A stretch of DNA of 45,897 nucleotides, from NCBI GenBank assembly GCA_043753085.1, contig JAYUXI010000488.1:1-45897 (forward strand), read 5' to 3'. Numbering within the stretch: the stretch's first letter is position 1; every line of letters begins with the position of its first letter. The translations under genes and the position numbers were made by a program. The notes beneath the pieces are model-generated. The model ran no database searches. It worked only from the letters and a program-made list of their open reading frames with translations, and had not been told where the DNA came from. Below, one piece after another: positions 8,680-17,598 of this stretch. Source of the DNA: Myxococcales bacterium (GTDB lineage Bacteria; Myxococcota_A; Polyangia; Polyangiales; Polyangiaceae).

Positions 8680-10110
8680 TCAGCGGGAAGCGTGGCGATC
8701 CAGCAGGTCGGCCACGCTGGCGGTGAGCTTCTCCGCCGTGGGCACGTGCAAGAACTCGTTGGGCCCGTGCGCGTTCGAGTGCGGCCCGAGCACGCCGGTG
8801 ATCACGAACTCGGCCTTGGGGAACTTGTCGCCCAGCATGGCCATGAACGGAATGGTGCCGCCTTCGCCCATGTAGGCGGCGCGCGCGCCGAAGTGGCGTT
8901 CGGAAGCTTCGTGCAGTGCGGCGGTGAGCCAGTGCGATTCGGCCGGCGCCTGCCAGCCGTCGGCTGCGCCTTCGGCCTCGAAGTGCACGCTGGCGCCGTA
9001 CGGCGGATCCGCCTCGAGGATTCGTTTGAGGTCCTCGGTTCGCGCCGCCGCGTCGACACCGGGCGGCAGGCGCAGTGAAAGCTTCAGTTTGGTCTCGGGC
9101 CGCAGTACGTTGCCGGCAGATCCGATCGGCGGCAGGCCCTCGGCGCCGGTGACCGAGAGCGTGGGCGCCCAGGTTCGTGCCAGCGCCAGCTGCGCGCGGT
9201 CTTCGGGCGTCGCCGAAGGCCCCATCGGCGCGGTGCTGCCTGCCCAGGGGAACTTCGAGAACACCGCGTCGCCGACGACGTGGGCAAAGTCGACGGCCTG
9301 CTGGCGACGCGCCGCGGGGATCTCGCCGTGGAAGCTGTCGACCAGGATCTTGCCGGTGGCGGAATCCTCGATGCGATCGAGCAGCATGCGGGCGATGCGG
9401 AAGCTGGACGGCACGATGCCGCTGGCGTCGCCCGAATGCACGCCTTCGTCGAGGACCTTCACCGAGAGCGTGCCGGCGGCCATGCCGCGCAGCGAGGTGG
9501 TCATCCACAGCCGCTCGTAGTCGCCGGCGCCCGAGTCGAGAGCGATGACCAGGCTGGGCGTACCGATGCGGCTTTGCAGGTGATCGACGTAGGCTGGCAA
9601 GTCGTAGCTGCCGGATTCTTCGCAGCCCTCGACCAGGACGACCAGCCGCGTGTGTTTGCCGCCGTGCGCCTGCAGCGCTTCGACCGCCGTGAGGGCGGCG
9701 AACGTGGAGTATCCATCGTCTGCGCCGCCGCGGCCGTAGAGGCGATCGCCCTCTTGGCGAGGGTTCCACGGGCCGCTCTTTTCGCTCCAGCCCACCATCT
9801 CGGGCTGCTTGTCGAAGTGTCCGTAAAGCAGGACCGGATCGCCATCCGGAGCGCCGTAGGCCGGGATGGTGCAAAGCAGAACGGGCGTGCGGCCGGGAAG
9901 GCGGACGACTTCGACCGTCAGGCCGGCAATGGTGCGCGCCTTGGCCCAGGTTTCCAGCAGCCGCACGGCCTTCTCGATGTGTCCATTCGCTTCCCAGTCC
10001 GGGTCGAACGCGGGGCTCTTGGCCGGGATGGCGATGTACTCGCGCAGGCGGGGCACGATGTCGGTCTGGAAGGCCTTGGCCACGAACGAACGGATAGTTT
10101 CGGCGCTCAT
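8680..10110 (-). CDS. M20-family metallopeptidase (dipeptidase / ArgE-DapE-like)
   Basis: It has the motifs '[11 protein letters not shown]', '[12 protein letters not shown]', '[10 protein letters not shown]' and '[16 protein letters not shown]'. I chose the ATG at 10110 (MSAETIRSF...); alternatives are the ATG at 10140 and the TTG at 10200. Confidence 0.85.
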   Translation of the reverse strand: MSAETIRSFVAKAFQTDIVPRLREYIAIPAKSPAFDPDWEANGHIEKAVRLLETWAKARTIAGLTVEVVRLPGRTPVLLCTIPAYGAPDGDPVLLYGHFDKQPEMVGWSEKSGPWNPRQEGDRLYGRGGADDGYSTFAALTAVEALQAHGGKHTRLVVLVEGCEESGSYDLPAYVDHLQSRIGTPSLVIALDSGAGDYERLWMTTSLRGMAAGTLSVKVLDEGVHSGDASGIVPSSFRIARMLLDRIEDSATGKILVDSFHGEIPAARRQQAVDFAHVVGDAVFSKFPWAGSTAPMGPSATPEDRAQLALARTWAPTLSVTGAEGLPPIGSAGNVLRPETKLKLSLRLPPGVDAAARTEDLKRILEADPPYGASVHFEAEGAADGWQAPAESHWLTAALHEASERHFGARAAYMGEGGTIPFMAMLGDKFPKAEFVITGVLGPHSNAHGPNEFLHVPTAEKLTASVADLLDRHASR

Positions 10111-10138
10111 GGGGCCGCATGGTAGTCCTGCGGGTGTC

Positions 10139-10993
10139 ATGAGTGCTGGGAAACGAACGAGAAGAGAGCTCGAAACCGGCATCACGGTCGACCTCGACAA
10201 GGACGAGAGCTACGGCGCGTATCTCGGTCTGGATCGCCTGCTCTCCGCGCAGAGCCCGCGCTCGGAGAACAACCACGACGAGATGCTGTTCATCATCCAG
10301 CACCAGACCTCGGAGCTGTGGATGAAGCTCTTGCTCCACGAGCTCGACTTCGCGGTCGTGCTCGTCCAGCAAAGTCGCCTGAACGAGAGCTTCAAGGTGT
10401 TCGCGCGCGTCTCGCAGATCCAGCGCATGCTGTTCGAGCAGTGGAGCGTGCTCGAGACGATGACGCCGAGCGACTACCTCGGCTTTCGAGATGCGCTCGG
10501 TCGCTCCAGCGGCTTCCAGTCGTACCAGTATCGCGCGCTCGAGTTCGTGCTGGGCAACAAGGATCCGGCACTCCTGTCGGCGCACAAGCACGACGAAAAA
10601 ATCAGCGCTTGGCTCGGCGAACGGCTGGCGCGGCCGTCGCTGTACGACGAGTTCCTGCGGCACCTGGCGCGGCACGGGCATGCCGTGCCGGCCAATCGCC
10701 TGGAGCGCGACTTCCGCGAGCCCTACGAGCCGAGCGACGGCGTGCTCGCCGTATTTCGCGAGATCTACGAAAACCCGAAGGAAAACTGGGCCGAGTACGA
10801 TCTCTGCGAGAAGCTGGTGGACATCGAAGAGCGGTTCCAGCTGTGGCGCTTCCGGCACATGACCACGGTGAAACGCATCATCGGCTTCCGGCACGGGACA
10901 GGCGGCAGCTCGGGGGTCGGTTTCTTGCGTCAGGCGCTCGACCTCACGTTCTTCCCCGAGCTCTGGGACGTCCGCACGCACCTGCGGAAGTAA
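10139..10993 (+). CDS. kynA: tryptophan 2,3-dioxygenase
   Basis: It has '[14 protein letters not shown]', '[16 protein letters not shown]', '[17 protein letters not shown]' and '[10 protein letters not shown]', which are the canonical bacterial TDO blocks. I chose the ATG at 10139. Confidence 0.9.
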   Translation: MSAGKRTRRELETGITVDLDKDESYGAYLGLDRLLSAQSPRSENNHDEMLFIIQHQTSELWMKLLLHELDFAVVLVQQSRLNESFKVFARVSQIQRMLFEQWSVLETMTPSDYLGFRDALGRSSGFQSYQYRALEFVLGNKDPALLSAHKHDEKISAWLGERLARPSLYDEFLRHLARHGHAVPANRLERDFREPYEPSDGVLAVFREIYENPKENWAEYDLCEKLVDIEERFQLWRFRHMTTVKRIIGFRHGTGGSSGVGFLRQALDLTFFPELWDVRTHLRK

Positions 10994-11009
10994 CGCGCGC
11001 TGGGCGCGG

Positions 11010-11690
11010 TCACTTGATGCTGGAGAGGTGCACCACGAAGTAGTGGCCGCGCCAGGAGATCAGCGACTTGAGCAGAATCGCGTGGCGCGCGCCGGCCTCG
11101 GTGTCGTAGGTGAGCTGCGAGTCGAAGACGCGGAAGTAGGGGAGCTTGTTGTATTCTTCGCCGGGTTTCACCCACTTCGCGGTGGACTCGGGAATCTCGA
11201 GGCCGACGAAACGTGCATTGTGCAGGTTCGGGCGGGAGCGGTGCAGCGCGTGGATGTCGCGCGCGAAGTTGGCCAGGAGCCGGCCGCGCCAGTCGGACTC
11301 GGGGCTCTTCGAGTCCTTGACCTGCTTGTACGCGTCGAGCGGAAAGAAAAAGACCTCGGCGCGCTTCGGATCGTCGGCGACGATCGCCTCGAAGAGCGCG
11401 TTGGCGCGTGCCAGGGTCAGCGTCTCGGCGGGCTCGGGCTTGGCCGCCGTCTGCGGCAGAATGGCGTCTGTGGCAACCAGATCCACGGCGCCGGAGTCTG
11501 GGCCCGTGGGTATGCGGGTACTCGTGGCCGCGTCGGCGGTCGGCGCAGCGCGCCCCTCTGCGCCGGGCAGAATGAGAACGGGCACTCCGGCTTCCACGGG
11601 CGCCGGAAGACTCGGGCGGCTCGAGGCGCCCGGCGGCTCGCCCGGCGTGCAGGCCGTGATCAGCAGGGACATTCCGAGCGCGCGTCTCAT
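11010..11690 (-). CDS. hypothetical lipoprotein
   Basis: It starts 'MRRALGMSLLITAC' with a lipobox, followed by a Pro/Ala linker and then a globular C-terminal part. The frame is GC3-rich. Confidence 0.6.
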   Translation of the reverse strand: MRRALGMSLLITACTPGEPPGASSRPSLPAPVEAGVPVLILPGAEGRAAPTADAATSTRIPTGPDSGAVDLVATDAILPQTAAKPEPAETLTLARANALFEAIVADDPKRAEVFFFPLDAYKQVKDSKSPESDWRGRLLANFARDIHALHRSRPNLHNARFVGLEIPESTAKWVKPGEEYNKLPYFRVFDSQLTYDTEAGARHAILLKSLISWRGHYFVVHLSSIK

Positions 11691-11876
11691 GGACCCGGGC
11701 TTTATCACGCCGCGACGGTCGGGTCCGTGGACCCACGAACGTCGAACCGAGGATTGACGCTCGAAAGCGGAGCTGATTCAGTTCGCCGGACGACTTTCCG
11801 GCGTCGTCCGTCCAACGGATGGAGCTGCGTTCCGGCAGCTCTACTTCACGGCGACGACCTTATGATTGGAGGCACA

Positions 11877-12290
11877 ATGAATACGTTTCGAATGCGCGCC
11901 ACGGTGGTGATGTTCACGGGCCTCGCGCTCGCAGCCATCGCTTGCAAAAAAGACGACCCAAACGCCCAGACCGCTGCCAACCAGCAGAACGGTCAATACC
12001 CGCAGCAGCAGGGGCAGTACCCGCAGCAGAACGGTCAATACCCGCAGCAGCAGGGGCAGTACCCGCAGCAGCAGGGCACCGCTCCGCAGACCGGAACCAT
12101 GCCTCCCGCGACCGGCGGAACGCTGGCCACTCCCGGCCCGCTCGCGCTGCCGTGCTCGACCGACTCGGCGTGCTTTCTCCACAAGTGCAACGTGCCTGCA
12201 GGCAAGTGCGCGTTCCCCTGCGCGAGCGACTTCGACTGCAACCCGGGCAACAAGTGCAACCCGGGCGTCGGCGCTTGTTTCCCCGGCTGA
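11877..12290 (+). CDS. small lipoprotein with a Gln/Tyr/Pro-rich repeat and an 8-Cys C-terminal module
   Basis: It starts 'MNTFRMRATVVMFTGLALAAIAC' with a lipobox. It contains '(NGQYPQQQGQYPQQ)x2' and 'CSTDSACFLHKCNVPAGKCAFPCASDFDCNPGNKCNPGVGAC'. A strong terminator follows. Confidence 0.7.
   Translation: MNTFRMRATVVMFTGLALAAIACKKDDPNAQTAANQQNGQYPQQQGQYPQQNGQYPQQQGQYPQQQGTAPQTGTMPPATGGTLATPGPLALPCSTDSACFLHKCNVPAGKCAFPCASDFDCNPGNKCNPGVGACFPG
11982..12065 (+). repeat. perfect 2 x 42-bp in-frame tandem duplication
   Basis: Positions 11982-12023 and 12024-12065 are identical by eye: 'cagcagaacggtcaatacccgcagcagcaggggcagtacccg'. Confidence 0.85.
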
Positions 12291-12314
12291 GTCACCCGCT
12301 CCCGTGACGACGAG

Positions 12315-12343
12315 AGGCGCCTCCTCGCGGAGGCGCTTTTTTT
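12315..12343 (+). terminator. rho-independent terminator
   Basis: The stem is GCGCCTCC (12317-12324) paired with GGAGGCGC (12329-12336), with a TCGC loop, followed by seven Ts (12337-12343). It starts about 25 nt downstream of the lipoprotein stop. Confidence 0.8.
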
Positions 12344-12404
12344 CGTGCGGAACGTGCGCACGGTCAGGCTGTGTGGCGACGGGCGCTGCCGAGCGTACCG
12401 GCAA

Positions 12405-13829
12405 CTAGAACGAGCTGCGGAAGCTCTCGAGGTTCTGGATCGCCGGCCACGACATGCCGCGCACCTGGCGGTCGATGCAGGACGACGCCGCGCCGTTGTG
12501 CGGTGTCGTGGTGACGGTGACGCCCACCGCGCGACCCATCTGCACTGCGACGCCGACGCTGACCTTCGTGTCGCCCGGGGTCCCGCATGCGGTGATGAAC
12601 GAGCCGCTCTTCAACGGCCCCTCGAGCTGCGCCTTCGACAGGTTGCCGCCACCGCCGCCCATGTTCAGCTCCTGGCCCTTGTTCAAGGCCTGCTCGTAGC
12701 TCATGCCGCCTGGCATTCCGCCACCGCCGCCACCACCGCCACCGCCGCCGCCGCCCGCGCGCTTCTGCCCTTTCAGGCCGCCATCGATCTGCAGGTTGAG
12801 CGCCGTGGGATCATCGAGGATGTCTGCCGTTTCGCGATCCTTGCCGCGGGACTTGAGCACGACGACGACCGCCGCCGTCGCCAGCACCAAAATCACGCCG
12901 CCGCCGAGCAGATACTTCAGAATGCCGGCATCCTTGTCGCGCTGCTCGGCGCGCACGACGGCGCGCTTTTCCTTCACGACCTCGCGATGCAAGCCGGCGT
13001 GCTCCGCGAAGGGTGCAAACTGCGCGTACTCGCCGATGGGACGACTCTCGCCCGCCACCTCGTCGCGCAGGACGTGACTGGCCGTGAACTTGTGCTTGGC
13101 GATCTGCTGGAGCAGCTCGACGGCGTTGAAAGGACCGTGGTCCATGCGATCCTTGTGCACGACGTAGCGTGGGCGCGGATCGCTCTCGAGCTCGGCCTTG
13201 AGCTGGGTCAGCTCGCCGTGGGCGTCGCTGCGGGGCTGAGGGGTGGCCTGGGCCGGCTTCGGCCGCACGCCTACGGCGAACGGATCGCCGGCGTCGACGA
13301 AGGCCGGCGCGGGAGGCGAACCGTAGGCTTGCACCGGGCGCGGCGCGCTGTCGGCGAAGTGGTCGAGCGCAGCCGCCATGGCCTCGAGATCGTTCGGGCG
13401 GGCGCCCCGATCGGGTTGCAGAGCGGCCACGAACAGGTGCTCGACGTGCTCGGGCACGCCGGGCACGGCTTCCTGGATCGGTCGTCGCGCCGGGCCGACA
13501 ATCGTGCCGCTGAGGGCTTCGTAGAGCACGGCGCCAAGGCTGTAGATTGCAGCTTGTCGATCCGACGGACCGAGCGAGGCGGCAAGCTCCGGCGCGAACG
13601 CCGCGAGATCACGAGCGTCTTCCGGACGACCCGTCATCTGGCCGAGGGCCACGCTGCCTTCGTCGCCGATCCAGATGTTGCCTGGCACGATGAAGACCGG
13701 TTCGCCCCCGGCGAGGGACTCCTCGATCGTGCGAGCGAGATGCGCCACGAGGCGGGTGGCCTCGGAGAGCGGGAGGGGACCAGTTTCGTCGAGGCGTTGC
13801 CTTAGCGTGATCATGGCGGTGCGGGTCAC
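12405..13829 (-). CDS. membrane-spanning pseudokinase-like protein (kinase C-lobe only, GYF_2-like segment, TM helix, poly-Gly, two-Cys periplasmic C-terminal domain)
   Basis: The N-terminus, 'LSEATRLVAHLARTIEE...PGNIWIGDEG...APE...IYSLGAVLYEALSG...RP', looks like Ser/Thr kinase subdomains VI-XI, but the HRD motif and the whole ATP-binding N-lobe are absent. There is a TM segment 'GGGVILVLATAAVVVVL', a run of about 12 Gly, and a C-terminal beta-rich domain ending in 'FRSSF'. The start is the GTG at 13829 or the ATG at 13814. Confidence 0.65.
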   Translation of the reverse strand: MTRTAMITLRQRLDETGPLPLSEATRLVAHLARTIEESLAGGEPVFIVPGNIWIGDEGSVALGQMTGRPEDARDLAAFAPELAASLGPSDRQAAIYSLGAVLYEALSGTIVGPARRPIQEAVPGVPEHVEHLFVAALQPDRGARPNDLEAMAAALDHFADSAPRPVQAYGSPPAPAFVDAGDPFAVGVRPKPAQATPQPRSDAHGELTQLKAELESDPRPRYVVHKDRMDHGPFNAVELLQQIAKHKFTASHVLRDEVAGESRPIGEYAQFAPFAEHAGLHREVVKEKRAVVRAEQRDKDAGILKYLLGGGVILVLATAAVVVVLKSRGKDRETADILDDPTALNLQIDGGLKGQKRAGGGGGGGGGGGGGMPGGMSYEQALNKGQELNMGGGGGNLSKAQLEGPLKSGSFITACGTPGDTKVSVGVAVQMGRAVGVTVTTTPHNGAASSCIDRQVRGMSWPAIQNLESFRSSF

Positions 13830-13865
13830 TCTATAAAAGAACGCGACAGTGGTCTCAAGGGCCGT

Positions 13866-15791
13866 TCACGGGCGCGGCGCGCGAGACACCATCGGGCGCG
13901 CCAGCTCGGCCACCAGGGGCCGGCCGCCGACGCTCTGGCCCGACAGCGCTTCGATTGCCGTAGTGGCCGCTTCGCGCGCGACCACGAGGTAGGTCATGCG
14001 GTCGCGGATCTGCGGCTCTTCGAGCTGCGAGACGCCGGCGGCACGGAAGTACTGCTCGATGTCCTCGGGCGTGAGCCCATCGCGTCGACCGACGTTGACG
14101 TAAAGACGGGCGGAGTCGCCTTCGGGCGCGGTCACGGCGCCGTTCGGAGCCGGCGCTGTGGCGACCGAATCGCTCTCGGTGAAGCCGATGGTCGGCAGCT
14201 CCTCGCGTGCATCCTCGCGCGGGCGCCGCGGCGCGCGTTCGCGGCGCGGCCGGTCCTCGCGAACGGGGACGGCGGCGGCTTCGTCCGTGGCTCCTGCAGG
14301 CGCAGCCTGGCGCGGCGCTTCGTCTCGCGGGGGCTCGCGACGCGGTTCGCGCTCGCGACGCGGCTCGCGCTCGCCACGCGGCTCACGCGCCGGCGGAACC
14401 TCTTCGACTTTGCGCGGCGCCTTGGCGCGGCGGGCTTCGGCGCCGTTGGTCTTCGCGTCCTCGACCTTGTCGCCGAGCAGCGCACGGACGAGGTGCGCCA
14501 CGATCTGCGTGGCCGAATCGTGCGTGAGCAGGCGCCTGGAGATCGCGAGCGCGTCCTCGTCGACGACGAGATCGGCGTAGGCGGCGACGAAGCCGTCGAC
14601 CACGTCTTGCTCGGCGCGCGTTTTCATCTCGCCCGAGGTCGGCAGCTGCCGCTCGATCGGCCGGATCTTGTAGCTGAGGCGAACCAGGTACACGTTGCCG
14701 ACGTCGCGCGGCGCCACCAGCGAAATGGCCGTGCCGGTGCGGCCGGCGCGACCGGTGCGGCCGGTGCGGTGTACGTAGGCCTCGGCGCTCTCCGGGAAGT
14801 CGAAGTTGATGACGTGCGTGAGGTGCGAGATGTCGATGCCGCGGGCGGCCACGTCGGTGCAGACGAGAAAGCGCAGCTTGCCCTCGCGGGTGGCGCGCAT
14901 GACGCGCTCGCGCTCTTTCTGTTCGAGATCGCCGTTCAGCCAGCCGGCCTCGAAACCGCTGTTTTGCAGGGCCTCGGCGACGCGCTGGGTTTCGTCCTTG
15001 GTGTTGCAGAAGACGATCGCGCTCTCCGGGTTTTCGACCTCGATGATCTTCAGCAAGCTCGGGATCTTGCGATCGCGGACCAGGTACACGAAGTGATCGA
15101 TGGTGAGCGCGCCGGCCTGATCGCTGGAAAGCGTGATGAAGAGCGGATCCTTCAGCTTGTCGTTCGCCATGCGCTCGATGTCGGGCGGGATGGTGGCCGA
15201 GAAGAACAGGCCCTGGCGCTCCTTGGGCAAGAACTCGACAATGGAAGACAGCTCGCGGGCGAAGCCCATCGAGAGCATCTCGTCGGCTTCGTCGAGCACG
15301 AAGGTGCGGACGTGCGAGGGGTCGAAGGTGCCGCGACGCAGGTGATCGAGCACGCGGCCAGGGGTGCCGACGACGACTTGCGGAGCCGCCGCGAGCTCGT
15401 CGATCTGGTGCTGCATCGGGGCGCCGCCGTAGATCGAGACCACCTTCACGCCACGGTGCTGACCGATCTTGCGCATCTCGTCGGCGACCTGGATGGCGAG
15501 CTCGCGCGTGGGAGTGAGCACGAGGCCCTGGACGGCGTGCACCGAGCGGCGCAGGAGCGAGTCCACCAGGGGCAGGCTGAACGCGGCAGTCTTGCCCGTG
15601 CCCGTACGGGCCTGCACCACCAGGTTGCGGCCTTCCGAGGCCGGGCCAAACACGGCCAGCTGCACGGGGGTGGGCGAGACGTAGCCCAGCTCGGCGAGTG
15701 CGCGCTTGACCTCCTGCGAGAGCGGTAGGGAATCGAAAGTGACGGCCGGGGGAAGATCCGCCGGAGCGGGAGTGACTGCGGAGTCGGTCAT
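13866..15791 (-). CDS. deaD: DEAD-box ATP-dependent RNA helicase with a DbpA/DeaD-type C-terminal RNA-binding domain
   Basis: It has motif I 'AQARTGTGKTAAF', motif II 'DEADEM', motif III 'SAT' and motif VI 'HRTGRTGRAG'. There is an Arg/Glu/Pro-rich linker, then 'ARLYVNVGRRDGLTPEDI...'. I chose the ATG at 15791 (MTDSAVTP...). Confidence 0.9.
   Translation of the reverse strand: MTDSAVTPAPADLPPAVTFDSLPLSQEVKRALAELGYVSPTPVQLAVFGPASEGRNLVVQARTGTGKTAAFSLPLVDSLLRRSVHAVQGLVLTPTRELAIQVADEMRKIGQHRGVKVVSIYGGAPMQHQIDELAAAPQVVVGTPGRVLDHLRRGTFDPSHVRTFVLDEADEMLSMGFARELSSIVEFLPKERQGLFFSATIPPDIERMANDKLKDPLFITLSSDQAGALTIDHFVYLVRDRKIPSLLKIIEVENPESAIVFCNTKDETQRVAEALQNSGFEAGWLNGDLEQKERERVMRATREGKLRFLVCTDVAARGIDISHLTHVINFDFPESAEAYVHRTGRTGRAGRTGTAISLVAPRDVGNVYLVRLSYKIRPIERQLPTSGEMKTRAEQDVVDGFVAAYADLVVDEDALAISRRLLTHDSATQIVAHLVRALLGDKVEDAKTNGAEARRAKAPRKVEEVPPAREPRGEREPRREREPRREPPRDEAPRQAAPAGATDEAAAVPVREDRPRRERAPRRPREDAREELPTIGFTESDSVATAPAPNGAVTAPEGDSARLYVNVGRRDGLTPEDIEQYFRAAGVSQLEEPQIRDRMTYLVVAREAATTAIEALSGQSVGGRPLVAELARPMVSRAPRP
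14334..14387 (-). repeat. 3 x 18-bp imperfect tandem repeat encoding (R-E-P-R-R/G-E)n inside the helicase linker
   Basis: The plus-strand units are 'ctcgcgacgcggttcgcg', 'ctcgcgacgcggctcgcg' and 'ctcgccacgcggctcacg'. The protein reads 'REPRGEREPRREREPRREPP'. Confidence 0.7.
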
Positions 15792-15955
15792 GGAAGTGAT
15801 TTCACGGTCCAGTAGCAAGGTGGGGGGGCGTAATGAGGGCGCTCTTGGTGATCTGCCAGGTGCTCGAGATCGCGAACCAAGCGGCGAAGAGAAAAAACGT
15901 GCCCTCGGCAACGCGGCGCCCACGGCGCTCGGATCGACGGAGGGATTTTCGCGCC

Positions 15956-17563
15956 ATGCGACCTCCTCTATCACGCTCTCTGCCGGCGATCCCGCTCCGC
16001 GGAGGCCCTTTTCCTCGTTGGCGGCGTGTGCCAAAAGGACAAGCCAGCGTGCGGGCAGCCCTTTCTCTGGTTTCGCGATGCGGGAGGCATCGACAGCGAG
16101 TGCGCGCGTGGCGCGGGTGCCCGAAAGCAGCCTTGGCGCTTGCTCTCGGCCTTTCGCTGGCGCTCGTTCCGGCGCCGACGGAGGCGCAGGCCCCCCCGCC
16201 CATCGTCGACAACCGATACGCCGTCGAGCTGTTCAACGGCCCCTACTTCGGGCCCTCGCGCGGCGGCAGCGTCGGCGGCGCCACGGCGGCCAACGCCGCC
16301 GGAGTCGACTCGGTGTCGGTCAACCCGGCGGCAGCGGCGGTGCGCGATCCGTACAGCGCGCGCTGGTTCGACTACGACATCAGCGCGGGCATTTCGTTTC
16401 CGGGCGTCTTCTTCGTGAAGTCGGACTTTTACAACCGGGAGCCGCGTCCGGATCGCCCGCAGCAACGCACCCGCGGCGTGGGTCTGGTGAACCTGGGCGC
16501 GAGCCTGCAGTTCGGCAACCTGGCGATCAGCGCCAGCACCGACCAGTACCAGCACGAGATCGCCGTGGCCGACACGCGCAAGCCCGACGTGACCGTGGCG
16601 TTCGGACGCTCGAACCTGGCGCTCGCGTACGGCCTGTTCGGCAATCAGCTGGTGGTGGGCGCGGGCCTGCGTCTCATCACCACCAGCTTCCGCCGCGCTG
16701 GCAACGCGTCGCAGAACTATTTCGGCGCCGCCGACAACGCGCTCTCGCGCGGCAACGTCGTGCTCGACCTTTCGGGGATCGGCACGCAAGCGGGCATCGT
16801 GCTCAAGCTCGACGACGAGCCGTTCCGGCTCGGCCTTTCGTACCGCAGCTCGATCGAGGCGCGGCCCACTGCCGACCGCCCGGACACGCGCTCGCCCGAA
16901 GATGGCGTGGCGCGCGTGGGTGGGTACGTGCTGCCGGAACGCGTGGTCGCGCCCTGGGAAGTGGAGCTGGGGGGCGCGCTGCAGCTCGGCGAAAGGCCGC
17001 TGAACCCGCGCTGGCGCAACCCGCGTCTGGAAGGAGCCGTGCTGCGCCACAAAATCGACGAGGCCCGCGCCGTGCGCGTCCGCCAGCACGTGCCCGCCCG
17101 CGAGGAACGCGCCATTCGGCGCATCGAGGAGGCGCAGTTCGTCGCCGACCAGGAGCGCCTCTACGAAGAACGGCGCGCCGAGTTCAAGAAGCTGCCGCGC
17201 GAGAAGCTGCTGCTTTTGGCCAGTGCGCTCGTCACCGGCAGCACGGAGAACGCCGTCAGTGTGATCGGTTTTTCCGAACAGGAGCGCGAGCTGGTCGGCC
17301 GCAGCATCAGCGTGACGCCGCGCCTCGGCATCGAGGGCGAGCCGATCGCCAACCGCCTCGTCACGCGCGCCGGTAGCTATCTCGAGCCGTCGCGGTACGC
17401 CGGCGGCTCGTACCGCCAGCACTTCACCGCCGGCGCGGAGGTGCGCCTGTTCCACGTCCCGAAGATCTGGTTGATCCAGGAATTCGACCTGTGCACGGTC
17501 GGCTTCATCGACGTGGCGCCGCGGTACCTGAACTTCGGCCTGTCGCTCTCGTTCTGGCATTAG
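15956..17563 (+). CDS. secreted putative outer-membrane beta-barrel protein (unknown family)
   Basis: It has a signal-like segment 'AALALALGLSLALVPAPTEAQA' and long alternating beta-like segments, and it ends in 'LNFGLSLSFWH'. The start is uncertain: the ATG at 15956, or the GTG at 16100 immediately before the signal peptide. Confidence 0.55.
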   Translation: MRPPLSRSLPAIPLRGGPFPRWRRVPKGQASVRAALSLVSRCGRHRQRVRAWRGCPKAALALALGLSLALVPAPTEAQAPPPIVDNRYAVELFNGPYFGPSRGGSVGGATAANAAGVDSVSVNPAAAAVRDPYSARWFDYDISAGISFPGVFFVKSDFYNREPRPDRPQQRTRGVGLVNLGASLQFGNLAISASTDQYQHEIAVADTRKPDVTVAFGRSNLALAYGLFGNQLVVGAGLRLITTSFRRAGNASQNYFGAADNALSRGNVVLDLSGIGTQAGIVLKLDDEPFRLGLSYRSSIEARPTADRPDTRSPEDGVARVGGYVLPERVVAPWEVELGGALQLGERPLNPRWRNPRLEGAVLRHKIDEARAVRVRQHVPAREERAIRRIEEAQFVADQERLYEERRAEFKKLPREKLLLLASALVTGSTENAVSVIGFSEQERELVGRSISVTPRLGIEGEPIANRLVTRAGSYLEPSRYAGGSYRQHFTAGAEVRLFHVPKIWLIQEFDLCTVGFIDVAPRYLNFGLSLSFWH

Positions 17564-17598
17564 CCGGCCGGGCGCCGTGGGCATGATAAGGGCGACGG

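Noticed and set aside
5821-9078. A 1085-aa ORF on the plus strand crossing bamA, ygfZ, the OMP gene and the M20 peptidase.
   Set aside because: It is Arg/Ala/Gly-rich nonsense. It runs through four independently supported genes on both strands, so it is an artefact of GC content.
12700-12790. A CCG/CCA-rich low-complexity DNA stretch, considered as a possible repeat element or slippage tract.
   Set aside because: It encodes the poly-Gly linker (read on the minus strand) of the pseudokinase-like membrane protein. It is a compositional run, not a dispersed or structured repeat.
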